In this document: in pieces, positions 40,590 to 56,216 of the stretch
Numbering within the stretch: the first letter of the stretch is position 1
Layout: each line of letters begins with the position of its first letter
NCBI GenBank assembly: GCA_964016885.1
Contig: OZ024762.1
Span: 24,676,001-24,740,000 of the forward strand
Direction of reading: 5' to 3'
From: Eledone cirrhosa
Taxonomy: Eukaryota
DNA: 64,000 nt
Notes under the pieces: generated by a model
Told to the model about the DNA's origin: nothing
What the model saw: the letters and a program-made list of their open reading frames with translations, nothing else
Database searches by the model: none
Position numbers and translations under genes: made by a program

Positions 40590-42190
40590 GGCGGCGATGT
40601 GACAGTCATTAGAATGTCGCATAGAATGTTCTATGGTATTCGGTACAGCTCTCTGCTCTCGGAGTTCAAATCCCGCCGAGGTCAAATTTGCCTTTCATCC
40701 TTTCGAGGTCGATATAAAAAAAGTACCAGTCTAGTACTGGGGTAAATTCTTCCTCTATATCTCTTTCACATTTCCTCTCTCTCACTTTCTATCTTTCTCT
40801 GGAAGAAATATGCTGTACTCGGGCCAGGAGAGGGATGGGCTCCACCAGGTCAGACCTGGAGAGGGATGGGCTCCACCAGGTCAGACCTGGAGAGGGATAG
40901 GCTCCACCAGGTCAGGCCTGGAGAGGGATGGGCTCCATCAGGTCAAACCTGGAGAGGGATGGGCTCCACCAGGTCAGACCTGGAGAGGGATGGGCTCCAT
41001 CAGGTCAGACCTGGAGAGGGATGGGCTCCATCAGGTCAGACCTGGAGAGGGATGGGCTCCACCAGGTCAGACCTGGAGAGGGATGGGCTCCACCAGGTCA
41101 GACCTGGAGAGGGATGGGCTCCACCAGGTCAAGCCAGGAGGGGGATGGGCTCTAGCAGGTCAGGCCAGGAGAGGGATGGGCTCCACCAGGTCAGACCTGG
41201 AGAGGGATGGGCTCCATCAGGTCAGGCCAGGAGAGGGATGGGCTCCATCAGGTCAGACCTGGAGAGGGATGGGCTCCACCAGGTCAGACCTGGAGAGGGA
41301 TGGGCTCCACCAGGTCAGACCAGGAGGGGGATGGGCTCTAGCAGGTCAGGCCAGGAGAGGGATGGGCTCCACCAGGTCAGGCCAGGAGAGGGATGGGCTC
41401 CACCAGGTCAAGCCAGGAGGGAGATGGGCTCTAGCAGGTCAGGCCAGGAGAGGGATGGGCTCCACCAGGTCAGGCCAGGAGAGGGATGGGCTTCGCTAGG
41501 TCAGGCCAGGAGAGGGATGGGCTCCACCAGGTCAGGCCAGGAGAGGGATGGGCTCCACCAGGTCAGGCCAGGAGAGGGATGGGCTCCACCAGGTCAGACC
41601 TGGAGAGGGATGGGCTCCACCAGGTCAGGCCAGGAGAGGGATGGGCTCCACCAGGTCAGACCTGGAGAGGGATGGGCTCCACCAGGTCAGGCCAGGAGAG
41701 GGATGGGCTCCACCAGGTCAGACCTGGAGAGGGATGGGCTCCACCAGGTCAGACCAGGAGAGGGATGGGCTCCACCAGGTCAGACCTGGAGAGGGATGGG
41801 CTCCATCAGGTCAGGCCAGGAGAGGGATGGGCTCCACCAGGTCAGACCTGGAGAGGGATGGGCTCCATCAGGTCAGGCCAGGAGAGGGATGGGCTCCACC
41901 AGGTCAAGCCAGGAGGGGGATGGGCCCCGCCAGGCTTAAAATGCCCAAGAAATGCCGAATGTCAATACGGCACCCCTACCACTCTATCAGGAGTCACGGG
42001 ACCTTACATACAGATATTTTCAAGATACAACCCTTGATTCTGTTATATAAGATCACCGTTGCGGCCTCAGCACGCCAAGAAACAACATCCACCCTTCCCA
42101 GGCGTCAATGGTCAATCAATGATGGTCATCTATAGAAAACATAGCAATAATTGCGGTGCCCCAGCATGACCACATCCTGTCGGCTGGAAC
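40590..42190 (+). mobile_element. SINE + pyrimidine tract + 31-bp VNTR + LINE-like tail composite, long copy
   Basis: Family-A-like SINE at 40590-40745, CT tract, VNTR, then a tail ending gcggtgccccagcatgaccac. Confidence 0.65.
40822..41935 (+). repeat. 31-bp GC-rich minisatellite, about 36 units
   Basis: Unit ggagagggatgggctccaccaggtcagacct with a few recurrent variants. Confidence 0.98.
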
Positions 42191-42257
42191 ATGTTAATAT
42201 ATGGATGGAGATATATACATACATATATAGACATGCAAACATATATGCATATATACA

Positions 42258-42333
<76 letters not shown>

Positions 42334-42358
42334 TATACATAAACATATATACATGCAT

Positions 42359-42391
<33 letters not shown>

Positions 42392-43205
42392 CATGCATAC
42401 ACATATACACCATCATACTTACATATATACACATCCATACATACATAACACAAACATACACACATACAAACACTCACTCACATACACACATAGATAACAC
42501 AAACACACACATACATACATACATACATACATACATACATACATACATACATACATACACATGTATACATAATACACACACACACATACATACATACAAA
42601 TACCACTGTCTGTAGATAATGAGTTACTGACACTTGTATTGAAGACAAACATCTTTAAAGCTAGTTACCTTCCAGTCAAACACTACAACAATGCAGAGAA
42701 TTCTATAGAAATTTTACTTCAACAGTACCAAATTAAATTAATTAGAAATATTTATCTATTCTTCCCAATTATTCCAACTCCTCACCCGCTACGGAACACA
42801 CGACCTCTCTCACACATTTACATACACATACATATACGCTCATAAAGATACACATACAAAAACACACACAGACATTCACTCAGAAACAGACAGACACACG
42901 CACACAGACACACAAACACAGACACACAAACACAGAAACAGATACACACATACACAGACACATAGATACACGCACACAGAGACAAACAGACACATACACA
43001 CACAGGGACAGAGACACACATTCATACACAGGAACAGAGACACATATTCATACATAGGTACACACACACACACACACACATACATATGCCAACACATTCC
43101 TTCTCAATCACAAATATGTCTCCCACCTTCCTTTACACACAGACATACATACACGCATGCGTACTACCCCCCCCCCCCCCACCACCACCACACACACACT
43201 CACAG

Positions 43206-43306
<101 letters not shown>

Positions 43307-43478
43307 TATTGACATACATACATGGAAATATTCAGAATTAGCTTTCTAGCGCAAACCAAGAAAGTAACAACAATAACAATAACAAAAACGACGACAACAA
43401 CAACAACCACAACAATTATTAGTCTTATCTCTTCCACTTATCTATTTCCCACGACATTGATTTGCAGACTGCTGTTTG

Positions 43479-43560
<82 letters not shown>

Positions 43561-43705
43561 TATTAAGTTGTTAAACAATATTCGATGATTATGTCAAAGA
43601 ATGAGTTTTACAGTAGATTGGAAGCACTCAACGGCAAAATAAATTTCAGGAGTTATTAATATATAAGTATTAATAAAATAGATGTTCTTTTGATCAATTA
43701 CATTT

Positions 43706-43750
<45 letters not shown>

Positions 43751-43755
<5 letters not shown>

Positions 43756-44018
43756 AAAAAGAGATGAAATCGAAAATGCAACTGGAGTCTTATTTTTTTT
43801 AAAAATATATATATTTATTTGGCTCCTTTACCGGTTTCGCAGTTCTTCTGCTTTTCAAAAGTAGAGTTGAGATGGAAAAACCACAGACCCTCCATCTCAA
43901 CTCTACTTTTGAAAAGCAGAAGAACTGCGAAACCGGTAAAGGAACCAAATAAATATATATATTTTTATAAAAAAATAAGACTCCAGTTGCATTTTCGATT
44001 TCATCTCTTTTTCTTTAT
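43751..44018. repeat. ~125-bp fold-back palindrome with a degenerate hammerhead-like motif
   Basis: Arms 43751-43876 and 43891-44018; ttgaaaa-gcag aagaa ctgc-GAAA-ccgg-TA. Confidence 0.8.
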
Positions 44019-44074
44019 ACTTTCACTCGTGTATGACACCTCGGTTATTTTTCATTTTGTAAAAAAAAACCCAC

Positions 44075-44116
<42 letters not shown>

Positions 44117-45389
44117 TTACGTATAGCACGGAGCATACGTGCACAAACACACACGCACCGTGTTGTATTATGACAGTATTGTATTAGCTCAATGTACGAG
44201 AACAGAGCCGTTATATGTAAAAGAAACCAAAGAACGCTTACATACTCAAACAGTTTTTATTTCCTCACAATGTTTCATCCATACCGTTGGGTAGGAATCC
44301 TCAGAGCTTAATAAACACAGTGCTGAGTATAAGCTCTACCAAGCTTAGTCACACGAACAATCGGAATACAATAGAGGGTAAAGATAGGGAGATCGGAGAT
44401 GGGGAATAAGGAGAGAGTACATGCTGGGGTTGTTAAGCACCACAGCTAAATGGTAGGGCACAAGCAGATCTCACAAGATGCAGATACAATTGATGGCACA
44501 CAAAAGCAAAAAATACAAACAATGGTTAAAACATAATAAAAAAGAATAATAAAATAATATAATAATAATAAAATAAATAAAAGGAAGATAATATAAAGAG
44601 ATAAAAAGTAAATAAAAAGGTAACAAATTTTTCTTTTAAATTTTAAAAGAAATGAAAACAGAACGAAGAAAAAAGAAAGAGTTTTAAGCACATGAAAAAG
44701 CCAGAGGAAATTAAGCGCTGGTCCCTAATAATAGGATCTCCGTAACTTATAGTTATATAAGCACCTAAGAGGTTCTTAAGGTACATCCAGAAAGACCACA
44801 GTAATCAAAATCCCCGCTATGGTATACATATACAAGGTATACTGGTAGGTACTTGAATTACATAGCCCATGGGTGCTCCACAAGCATATAGACAGGTATC
44901 ACAATGCAAGCCATACACAAGTAAATTATGGTTATTACAGGATAGAGCTGAGTATAACAAGTATATAGACAGGCACCACAAATAAAGCAAACTATACACA
45001 AGCAAAGTGGGGTTACTGTAAGATAGAGCTGAAGCAAAAGCCCCACAATCTTATTTCAGTTACTGTAAAACACCTGGCAAAGAGTCACCACACATGTATA
45101 TTAACCGTAGAGGCTAGACCAATCGGTTACATATGTCCCGATTGTCTAGGGGTTATATAGAAATAGGATTGTCATTAGATAACCAATCCGTCTAAATTAT
45201 ACAACATATGTAGATTGTTCAAAAGTACAAAATAGTTGGATATAAATTCACTCAAACATAACATCACATCCAGTCACAGGAATTACATGCTGGATTTATA
45301 CATAAAAAAACTCCCAAATGTTTAAGATCCCAGATCGTATAGCATAAGGTGTTCAAGTTTCAGTTCCAGGTTTCTTTTACACACACACG

Positions 45390-45421
<32 letters not shown>

Positions 45422-45725
45422 CACATACACACACACACATATATACACGCACACGCACACATATATATACACACACATATGTTCAACTGAAGTTAATAGC
45501 AGTCGCCGTGTTTCTGACTGGTGTGTCTCCATATGAGGGAATGAATTCTGTGAGAGAACATCGTTATTTTTTCTCCCTCATATCAAAAATTTGAAGACAA
45601 TTCATTTTCACCTGATGAGATCAGTGATAATCGATCATGGCTTCTACACAATCGATCTATCTCTTATTGAAACATGTGTCGTGATTAAATGATTGGAATT
45701 TTACCTTGCCTTCGGATTTTCATTT

Positions 45726-45787
<62 letters not shown>

Positions 45788-45967
45788 CAAAGGAATTGTT
45801 GTAAGGAACCAGATGGACCATAACGCACCAGAGTACTCAATACTTAGGGTAGTAGAGTGGGAAATAGGAGTCCAGAAATAGCCGTCGAAACGGCTTGAGC
45901 TCTGCCGTTGGGGTCATACTTTTTCCTATATATATATATATGTATACACACATGCACACATCTCTAT

Positions 45968-46012
<45 letters not shown>

Positions 46013-46164
46013 ACAGGAATAGCTGTAGTAGTAGTAATTCCTGTTGTCACTAATGTGTCTCAAGATCCACCAGATGTTTGTGGAAGTCATAATATATATA
46101 TATATATACTACTTATATATATATAACTACTTATATATATATACTACTTATATATATATAACTA

Positions 46165-46199
<35 letters not shown>

Positions 46200-46237
46200 T
46201 ACTTATATATATATAACTACTTATATATATATAACTA

Positions 46238-46272
<35 letters not shown>

Positions 46273-46597
46273 TACTTATATATATATAACTACTTATATA
46301 TATATATATATATACTACTTATATATATATATATATATATATACTACTTATATATATATAACTACTTATATATATATAACTACTTATATATATATAACTA
46401 CTTATATATATATATATATATATATATACTACTTATATATATATAGCTAGTTATATATATATACAGTAATACCATTGATTAATATTATTGGTGTTTATGT
46501 ATACATCTACAGTCGTTTCAATGCAATCAGACATTATTCACCAATAGTGGAGAAACATTAACCCCACGTAGAGGAAAATAGTTAACCTGCACATAAC

Positions 46598-46672
<75 letters not shown>

Positions 46673-47189
46673 TATGTATATTATCTCTTTCTCTTAATTT
46701 CGAAAAAGTAAAATAAAAGATGGGGTACATTAAGAAAATGAGGAAATGGAAAATATAAAGAAATAAATAAGTGAGAGAGTGCAAGTAGATATTAGTAGTT
46801 TTTGAGTCAGTGTTCTTATAAGGGTTCGTTGGTGCTAACATGAGAAACCAGATTTTAGATGTAGATAAATACGTGTAGAGGGTCCGATAAAAGACAAGAC
46901 AATAAATTAGAGATTAATTGATGTATACATGTTTAATATATTTGTGGGCCAGGGATGACGGGCATTTGATAAAAGCTTGTTGTAAATGTTTTGCTGATTG
47001 TTCTATTTTAATGGGGTTGATGGAGAGAGGGTGGAAGAAATGTATAGAGACTTATGATCCAGTGACCAGTTGGCAGTTTGATAGTTAATAGCGGTGCGAT
47101 GGTGTGTATTCTATATGCTAAAATCTAGGTGGTTCAGTACTAATTTTGGGATTGCTGGTTCAAATCATGGTGGATTGAAGTTTGTAAAT

Positions 47190-47515
47190 CTAGTAGCTAT
47201 TTTATGCCTACATAAAATAGATCTTTCTATTTTGCTGTTAAGCTGCATCCTATCGTACCTTAAAATATGTAGTAGTTATAAATCACAAAGCCTGCAGTGG
47301 GACATACCGTTGCTGTCGGCTTTTGCTACCGTTAATTTCGACCAGCTAATCTTATATTCTATGTTTTTGTCCTTAAGCTGCCAGATTATATTGGCGAGCG
47401 TTGTAGAGTTCTCCAGTGCACGGTTCTTCATGGAGTGTCTGTGGACGTACCACCTTTTCTTAAACTCCCCAGCTGTGGAACCTATGTAGTGCTAGGTAGT
47501 GTTGCCTGAATTCAC
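47190..47515 (-). mobile_element. Third PLE GIY-YIG remnant, with stop codons
   Basis: HYIGSTAGEFKKRWYVHRHSM...TTLANIIWQLKD...ISW...CRLCDL, similar to the 6601 ORF. Confidence 0.8.
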
Positions 47516-47516
47516 A

Positions 47517-47599
<83 letters not shown>

Positions 47600-47602
<3 letters not shown>

Positions 47603-48340
47603 AAGGTATATATTGAGTTAGGAACTCAAAATAGTCTCTTACAATAAAATAGCTCTAAGAAAGAGATTTTTCCGAGCCGTATATTATAATTGAATAAAAA
47701 AAAAAGAAAAACGAACACAGATAGATATATGTGTTCAAATCGCAAGGGACCAGATTCGCTAAGGTTAAAACAATACTAACTATAGACAATAGGGTTTGCC
47801 TGTCTCGATTTAAGAAAAAAATCAAGAAAATAAATACAAACTGGAATTGTGGTAACTACCAATCACCGAGACAGCTTGGTGCTGTTTCGCAATACTAATT
47901 AATTGTGAATAGAAACACCAATTCTTGCTCATCAGTGGGTAACAAATTATCTGGTCCTTGCGATTTGAACAGATATATGTATATATCTGTGTTCGTTTTT
48001 CTTTTATATTCAATTATAATATACGGCTCGGAAAAATCTCTTTATTAGAGCTATTTTATTGTAAGAGACTATTTTGAGTTCCTAACTCAATATATACCTT
48101 TGATATATTCGGCTCCGTTAATTTGTTGAGCTATTTCAAATGTCGAATAAACCTGGCTGCTATTTTTAGTGGTGTAAGTTTGTGAGACACGCTAAGATAC
48201 CATGTGTGTTATTATATATAGCACACTATTCAGTTTCTTAATATATTAGAAATGTCTAGGATACTAATTTGTCACCCACTGATGAGCAAGAATTGGTATT
48301 TCTATTCACAATTAATTACTATTGCGAAACAGCACCAATA
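47600..48340. mobile_element. Fold-back pLTR-like element with an extended-stem-II hammerhead (47865-47940, minus; partial plus copy 48275-48338)
   Basis: Arms 47600-47755 and 47949-48105; accca-CTGATGA-gcaa...ttgc-GAAA-cagc accaa gctg-TC-tcggt. Confidence 0.8.
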
Positions 48341-49227
48341 TATGGGGAGGGTCATATTTGTGTAATAATATTGGCAGAATTATAGTGTTTGAGTGAGCTT
48401 TGGCCTTCTAAGTTCTATTTCGCTGGCCTCTCTGATTTGCCTATCTGCTGGGTCATTTCTATGTTTAGATATTATTCTAATTTCTATGTTGTCTATGTTA
48501 TCGTCGTGTTGTTGTCAGGCGTGTTTGTATAGTACTGAAGAGTGAGTGTGTTCTGTTATTAATTCTGGCAATATTATTACGCAAATATGACCCTCCCCAA
48601 GTAAAACAATATTTGTTTCGACACACGATTTCATATCAAAAACCTCGCAAAACTAATTCATTGCCGTTATATATATATATATATATATATGCATATATAT
48701 ATATTTTATATATATATATAAAAATATATATATATGCATATATATATATTTTATATATATATATGCATATATATATATTTTATATATATATATGCATATA
48801 TATATATATTATATATATATATATATATCTATGCATATATATATATATGCATATATATATATATATATATGCATATATATATATTTTATATATATATATA
48901 ATAAACGTGAAGAAAGAAGAATACTGCGTGGTTTGCACATGGGTTACATATGATAAAAATAGTCCTTCGTCAGTGATTTTCCAACCATCATTGGTATTTC
49001 ATCGCATTAAAAATCATATACCTCAGGTTGGTGCGAGCAATAAGCTAAAAAAAGTTATTGGGACCAGTAATCGCGTAAAGCGAGGGGGGCAAGTGAACAA
49101 CATAGAAGGATAAAAACAAACCAAAGAATGGAAATAAACAAGCAACATGGTAGTCCTGGTCAGCATAAGCTGGGTGGATTTCATGAGCGATTAGTACAGA
49201 CGATATATATATGCATATATATAAATA

Positions 49228-50113
49228 CGAGGTGTGTCAGAAACGTTACAGGACTGATGTTACAAAAGATTTATTTCAAACCCAAACTTCACACTAAGAG
49301 TTTTCTCCTTCAAAGTAATCCCCTTGGAGTATGTAACTGTAATCTTAACTCTCTGTAGCGATCAAACTTTTTTCTTCATAATTTTATATACTTGTCCTCT
49401 GTTTCAGGTCGTCAAGCAATGAGCACAGAGCAACGAACACACTTGAAGTTTCTGGTACGGTTGGGGAAAACTACATCAGAAGCACTGGGATTGCTGCAGC
49501 AAGTGTATGGAGATGAGACGATGTCACGCTCAAGTGTTTTTGAGTGGTGCAAGATGACCCCAGGAGCGGAAGGCTCACAACAACCAGAACTGAGGTCAAT
49601 GTTGAGCCCGTCAGGCAGATGGTGCGTAGCAATCGTCGGCTGACTGTTCGACTGATGGCAAATGAGCTGGGCATGAATCGGGACAGCGTCTGGAAGATTC
49701 TCACTGAAGATTTAGCCATGCGGAAAGTCTCCGCGAAGATGGTGCCAAAACTGCTGAACGATGACCAGAAGGGTCGACGTATGCAAGTGTGCCAGGACAT
49801 CCTCGAGCGTCTTGAAACCGAACCAGACTTGCTAGGGACAGTCATCACCGGTGATGAGTCATGGATCTTCGAGTACGTCCCGCAGGGGGCCCGTTTTGAA
49901 GACGTGGACGACATCAAAAAGGCCGTGACGACGGAACTGCGGAGGATCCCGGAAGAATCTTTCCAGGAGTGCATGCAAGCGTGGCAGAAAAGGATGGAAA
50001 TGTGCATTAGACTCCAGGGGGATTACTTTGAAGGAGAAAACTCTTAGTGTGAAGTTTGGGTTTGAAATAAATCTTTTGTGACATCTGTCCTGGAACTTTT
50101 CTGACACACCTCG
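49228..50113 (+). mobile_element. Second copy of the internally deleted mariner
   Basis: Same TIRs, flanking TA and deletion junction as 24838-25734; independent small deletion and frameshift. Confidence 0.95.
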
Positions 50114-50120
50114 TATGTGT

Positions 50121-50206
<86 letters not shown>

Positions 50207-50686
50207 GTACAACAATAATACACATGTACACACACATACACTACCGACTCCAACATGATCTCCACACACAACACATAAACACATACACACGTATAATCAC
50301 ATATACACACACTGTCTCCAACATGATACACACACATACATACACAGATGTATAATATCTCTCTCACATACACCAACACACACACACACCTACACACACA
50401 CACACGCCACCGTCGTCTCCAACATGATATTCCAACTATGAAGTAGATAATTGTTTTTCCGATAGAATACATTGAATAAATCTTATAATTATAAGTAAAG
50501 TGTTTTTTTTGTGAATAAGAACCTGTATCATGTAATGTGTTGGTTGTAAGGGTGTGTGTGTATGCAGGTGTGTGTGTGTGTGTAGGCGTGTGTGTGTATG
50601 CAGGTGTGTGTGTGTGTATGTAGGTGTGTGTGTTTGTTTGTGAATAAGGACTTGTATGGTGTAACGTATTAATGTGTAGTTGTGTG

Positions 50687-50776
<90 letters not shown>

Positions 50777-50800
50777 TGTGTGTTTGTGTGTGTTTGTGTG

Positions 50801-50871
<71 letters not shown>

Positions 50872-51099
50872 AATGATCTGTAACCTGTTGGTTCTAGATG
50901 TAGATGTGTATATATATATATATATATAATTGAATAAACCAGAGAGATGAACACTAATATAAACACGTGTTCGCATCGTAAGGACTAGGTTTGCTAGAGT
51001 GAAAAAATACTAACTACAGCAATATGGTTTGTCAGACTTAATTTAAAGTAGTAAATTAAGAAAAATAATAACAAGCCTATATTGGGCAACTGCCTGAAA

Positions 51100-51180
51100 A
51101 CACCTAGACAGTTATGGAAACTGTTTCGCAAAATCATATTAAGCGAAGTCATCACCATTTCTCTGCTCATCAGTAGGTGT
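51100..51180 (-). ncRNA. Type I hammerhead ribozyme with long stem II insert
   Basis: acaccta-CTGATGA-gcag...ttgc-GAAA-cagtt tccat aactg-TC-taggtgt; perfect 7-bp stem I and GUC site. Confidence 0.85.
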
Positions 51181-51431
51181 TGAGAAATTAGCGACCCTTC
51201 CACTTCTAAAAATATTAGAAGACTGAATTGTGTGCGATATGAAATAACGCACGTGTCTTCGGAGCCTAGCTTGTCGCGAAAACCTATGCCGCTAAAAATA
51301 GCAGCCTGGTTAACACGACATGAAAAATTAGTTCTACATATTGGAGCCGACAAATATATACTGAGTTAGGTATTTTTTCTTAGAGCTATTTAATTGTAAG
51401 AGACTACTTTGAGTTTCTAACTCAATATAGA

Positions 51432-51556
<125 letters not shown>

Positions 51557-51604
51557 AATGATCTGTAATCTGTTGGTTCTGGATGTAGATGTATATATAT
51601 ATAT

Positions 51605-51988
<384 letters not shown>

Positions 51989-52149
51989 TGGTTCTAAATG
52001 GAATTGTATATATATATATATATATATATACATTTATATGTGTGTGTGTGTTGTTGCCATACAGGCCATGTGGAAGCTTCGTCAACGGGACATTGGATGG
52101 TCACGGGTGGACATCGATATTAAAAAAATGGAAACAAACACTGAAAGGA

Positions 52150-53760
52150 GAATAGTTTCTGATTTAGGCACACGGCCAATACTATTGGGTGAGGGGAAAG
52201 TCTATTAATTCGGCCCCAGTGGTACATTATTTTATCGGCCCCGTAAAAATGAAAGGCAAAGCTAACCTCTGCGGGATTTGAACTCAGAAAGTAAAGGGAC
52301 GTAACTCTATGCCACAAAGCTTGTTGAACAGCGCTCTACCCATTACTGCCAATCCACTGCCGTTTCCGAATTGCCCACCGCCCTAATAATTGTTCTACTA
52401 TAGGGCATAATGCCAGCAATTTCAAGGGGAGGGGGGAGGAAGTCAATTAAATCGACCCCTGTACATTATTGGTACTTTATTTTATCGACCCTGTAAGGAT
52501 GAAAGACAAAGCTAACCTCGGCGTATTTGAACTCAGAACGTAAAGGGACGTAACCATATGCCACAGGGCAATTTGTCCGACATTCTACCGATTCTGCCAA
52601 GCCACTGTCCTACACTAATAAAATAGCATTGAAAAAAAAAAATATGTTAATCGTTTAATAATTGTTTCTACTTTTGGCACAAGACCAGTAAATACCCCAG
52701 TGCATTACTGGTACTTTATTTTATCAACCCCGTAAAGACAAAAGGGAAAGTTAACCTCGGCGGGATTTGAACACAGAAGATGACAATAAGTCTCTCTACT
52801 TTGGGCACCAGGCCAGGAATTACCCTGGTGTATTACTGGTACTTTATTTTACCGACTCTGTAAGGATGAAAAGCGAAGTTAATCTCGGCGGGATTTGAAC
52901 TCAGAACGTAAAGGGCCGTGGCTCTGTGCTGCAAAGCATAGCGTCCGACCTTCTACCGATACTGCCAATCCACCGTCGTTAATCGTATAATAATAATAAT
53001 AATTGTTTCTACTTTTGGCACAAGGCCAGCAATTATCCCAGTGCATTACTGGTACTTTATTTTATCGACCCCGTAAAGATAAAAGGCAAAGATAACCTCG
53101 GCGAGATTTGAAATCACGGCGGGAATGGTTTCTTATATAGGCACAAGGCCAGTAATTTGGGAGAGGGGAAAGTCGATAAGATCGACCCCAGTAGGTGACT
53201 GGTATTTTATTTTATCGACACCGTAAGGATGAAAGGCAAAGTTAACCTCGCCGGGATTTGAACTCATAATAATAATAATAATGTTGATTACAACAATGAT
53301 GATGATGATAATGTCTATTTTAATTTCATTATTGGGCGGTGGATTGGCAGTATCGGTAGAGGGTCGGTCACCATGCTTTGCAGCATAGAGTTACGGCCCT
53401 TTATGATCTGAGTTCAAATCCCGCCGAGGTTAACTTTGCCTTTTATTTTTACGGGTTCAATAATATAAAGTACCAGTAATGCACTGGGGTAATTGCGGGG
53501 CTTGTGCCAAGAGTAGAAACAAGTGTTATTATTATTAGGGCGGTGGATTGGCAGTATCGGTAGAGGGTCGGACGCCATGTTTTGCAGCATAGAGTTACGG
53601 CCCTTTATGATCTGAGCTCAAATCCCGCCGAGGTTAACTTTGCCTTTCACCCTTACGGGGTCGATAAAATAAAGTACCAGTCATGCACTGGGGTCGATTT
53701 AATCGACTTTCCCCTCCCCCTAAATTACTGGCCTTGTGCCTATATAAGAAACCATTATTA
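52150..53760. mobile_element. Cluster of about eight family A SINEs (six minus, then two plus)
   Basis: Repeated ggtactttattttatcgaccccgtaag...gggatttgaactcag modules, then forward copies at 53334 and 53538. Confidence 0.85.
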
Positions 53761-53956
53761 TATATAATAATTGTTATTGTTATTGTTACTGTTGTTATTG
53801 TATATTTATCTTCTACCGGAAACAAAACAATTGTTTTATTGAACAATAATAATCTCTCCCTCTCGTATATATATGTCTTTCACTATTTAGGGTTTAAAAA
53901 ATATATATAATTATATAAGGTTTTATTATATACATAACCATAAATAGTATCCTTAA

Positions 53957-54002
<46 letters not shown>

Positions 54003-54003
<1 letters not shown>

Positions 54004-54403
54004 CTAGCAGAGGTACCCGGCGTTGCTCGGGTAGTTAATAGCAGTTATGTATACCATTTATGTCAATACTTCAGTGCTGCTTCGAAAACTATACTTTTAC
54101 GAAATCATCGGCTTTTTACAAACGGGGGTTCCTGCCCCCAGGGGTCCCCTACTCAATATGTGCCAATTCACACTCATCTGTAGGACAAACGTAGCCCATG
54201 TGTCAAGTTTTGTGAAAATCGGTTGCGAACTGCAGAAGTTATGACGCTTTGTTGCATTGCACTGCAGTAATTCAGTCGACTCCAAGGAAGTGGTTAAAGG
54301 GGGTTATCTGCCGGGAGGCCCTATAATCAATATCTGGAAAAATGAAAGTGCCATGACCATCCGGAGTACATAAGTAACCTGTCTAAAATTTGGTGAAAAT
54401 ACT
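54003..54403 (-). mobile_element. Non-autonomous Helitron-like fragment, 3' end
   Basis: Minus strand ends with hairpin cccgagcaacgccggg followed by ctgCTAG-t. Confidence 0.7.
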
Positions 54404-54875
54404 TGGTTGGTTGGTTCCACAACCGGACGGTTGTTGATATATTGCCAAAGTTCTTTCGTCACACATCTTGTGACCTCTTCAGTGACTGGGGATTCTTTTC
54501 TTTGTTTTATGCCCCTCCTTTGTTCTGCCCTACACCATCTTGTTTTTGTGTGTGTTCACACAAGATGGCGTAGGACAGAACAATGTAGAGGCATAAAACA
54601 AAGAAAAGGATCCCCAGTCACTGAAGAGGTCACAGAATGCGTGACGACGAAAGAACTTTGACAATATATGAACAATCGTCCGATTGCGGGACCAACCAGC
54701 CAACCGGAAATTTATAAATTTTTAAATTTATAATTTAATTTATAATAAATTGGTGTGAAAGCAACTGGTGCGTGTGTTTCTTATTGGCAACATGACCCTC
54801 CGAAAGTATAACAATATCGGTTTCAACAAACGTTTTCAGATAAAGAATCTTGGTAAACAAATTCAGAAACAAAAT
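54404..54875. mobile_element. Fold-back copy of the 24045 family
   Basis: Arms meet at catcttgtttttgtgtgtgttcacacaagatg; hammerhead cores on both arms. Confidence 0.85.
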
Positions 54876-54885
54876 ATATAATATA

Positions 54886-54969
<84 letters not shown>

Positions 54970-55207
54970 ATTATTCCAAACAATGTTATTCAGAGAAATT
55001 GAAGAAACGAAATAAACAATAATGGAGGAAATGACGATAATAACTAAACTAATTTAAAATTAATCTGTTTTTCTTCTCTCTGTTTCTGTCTGTCATTATA
55101 TATATGAAACAATTATATATACATATATATATAGATATACAAATATATATATATGTATATCTATATATACATATATATATAGATATACAAATATATATAT
55201 ATGTATA

Positions 55208-55427
<220 letters not shown>

Positions 55428-55569
55428 ATATATTATATATATATTATATATATATATATATTATATATATATATATATTATATATATATATATATTATAT
55501 ATATATATATATTATATATATATATATATTATATATATATATATTATATATATATATATATTATATTTA

Positions 55570-55610
<41 letters not shown>

Positions 55611-56120
55611 CTTACATACACAAATATATATACAAACATATATACAAACATATATATATATTTATGCAAATATATATATATTTGTATATATATATACATA
55701 TATATATATACATATATAAATATATGTATATACTTATATATATATATATATACAAATATATATATATATATATACATATATACATACATATACAAATACA
55801 TATATATATATAAATATATATATATATACAAATATATATATATACACATATACAAATATACATATATATATAAATATATACAAATACATGTATACATACA
55901 TAAAATACATATATACATGCATATACAAATACAAATATATATACATATATACATATACAAATATATATATGTATATACAAATACATATATAGATACATAT
56001 ACGAATACATATATACATACATATACAAATATATATATACATAGACAATATATATATACATATACACATATATATACAATATATATATATACCAATATGT
56101 ATATACATATATAGACACAC

Positions 56121-56216
<96 letters not shown>

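Noticed and set aside
40810-42135. Repetitive protein ORFs over the 31-bp array (and 287-1045 over the 52-bp array)
   Set aside because: Unit lengths are not multiples of 3 and all frames cycle through the same peptides; artefact of tandem repetition
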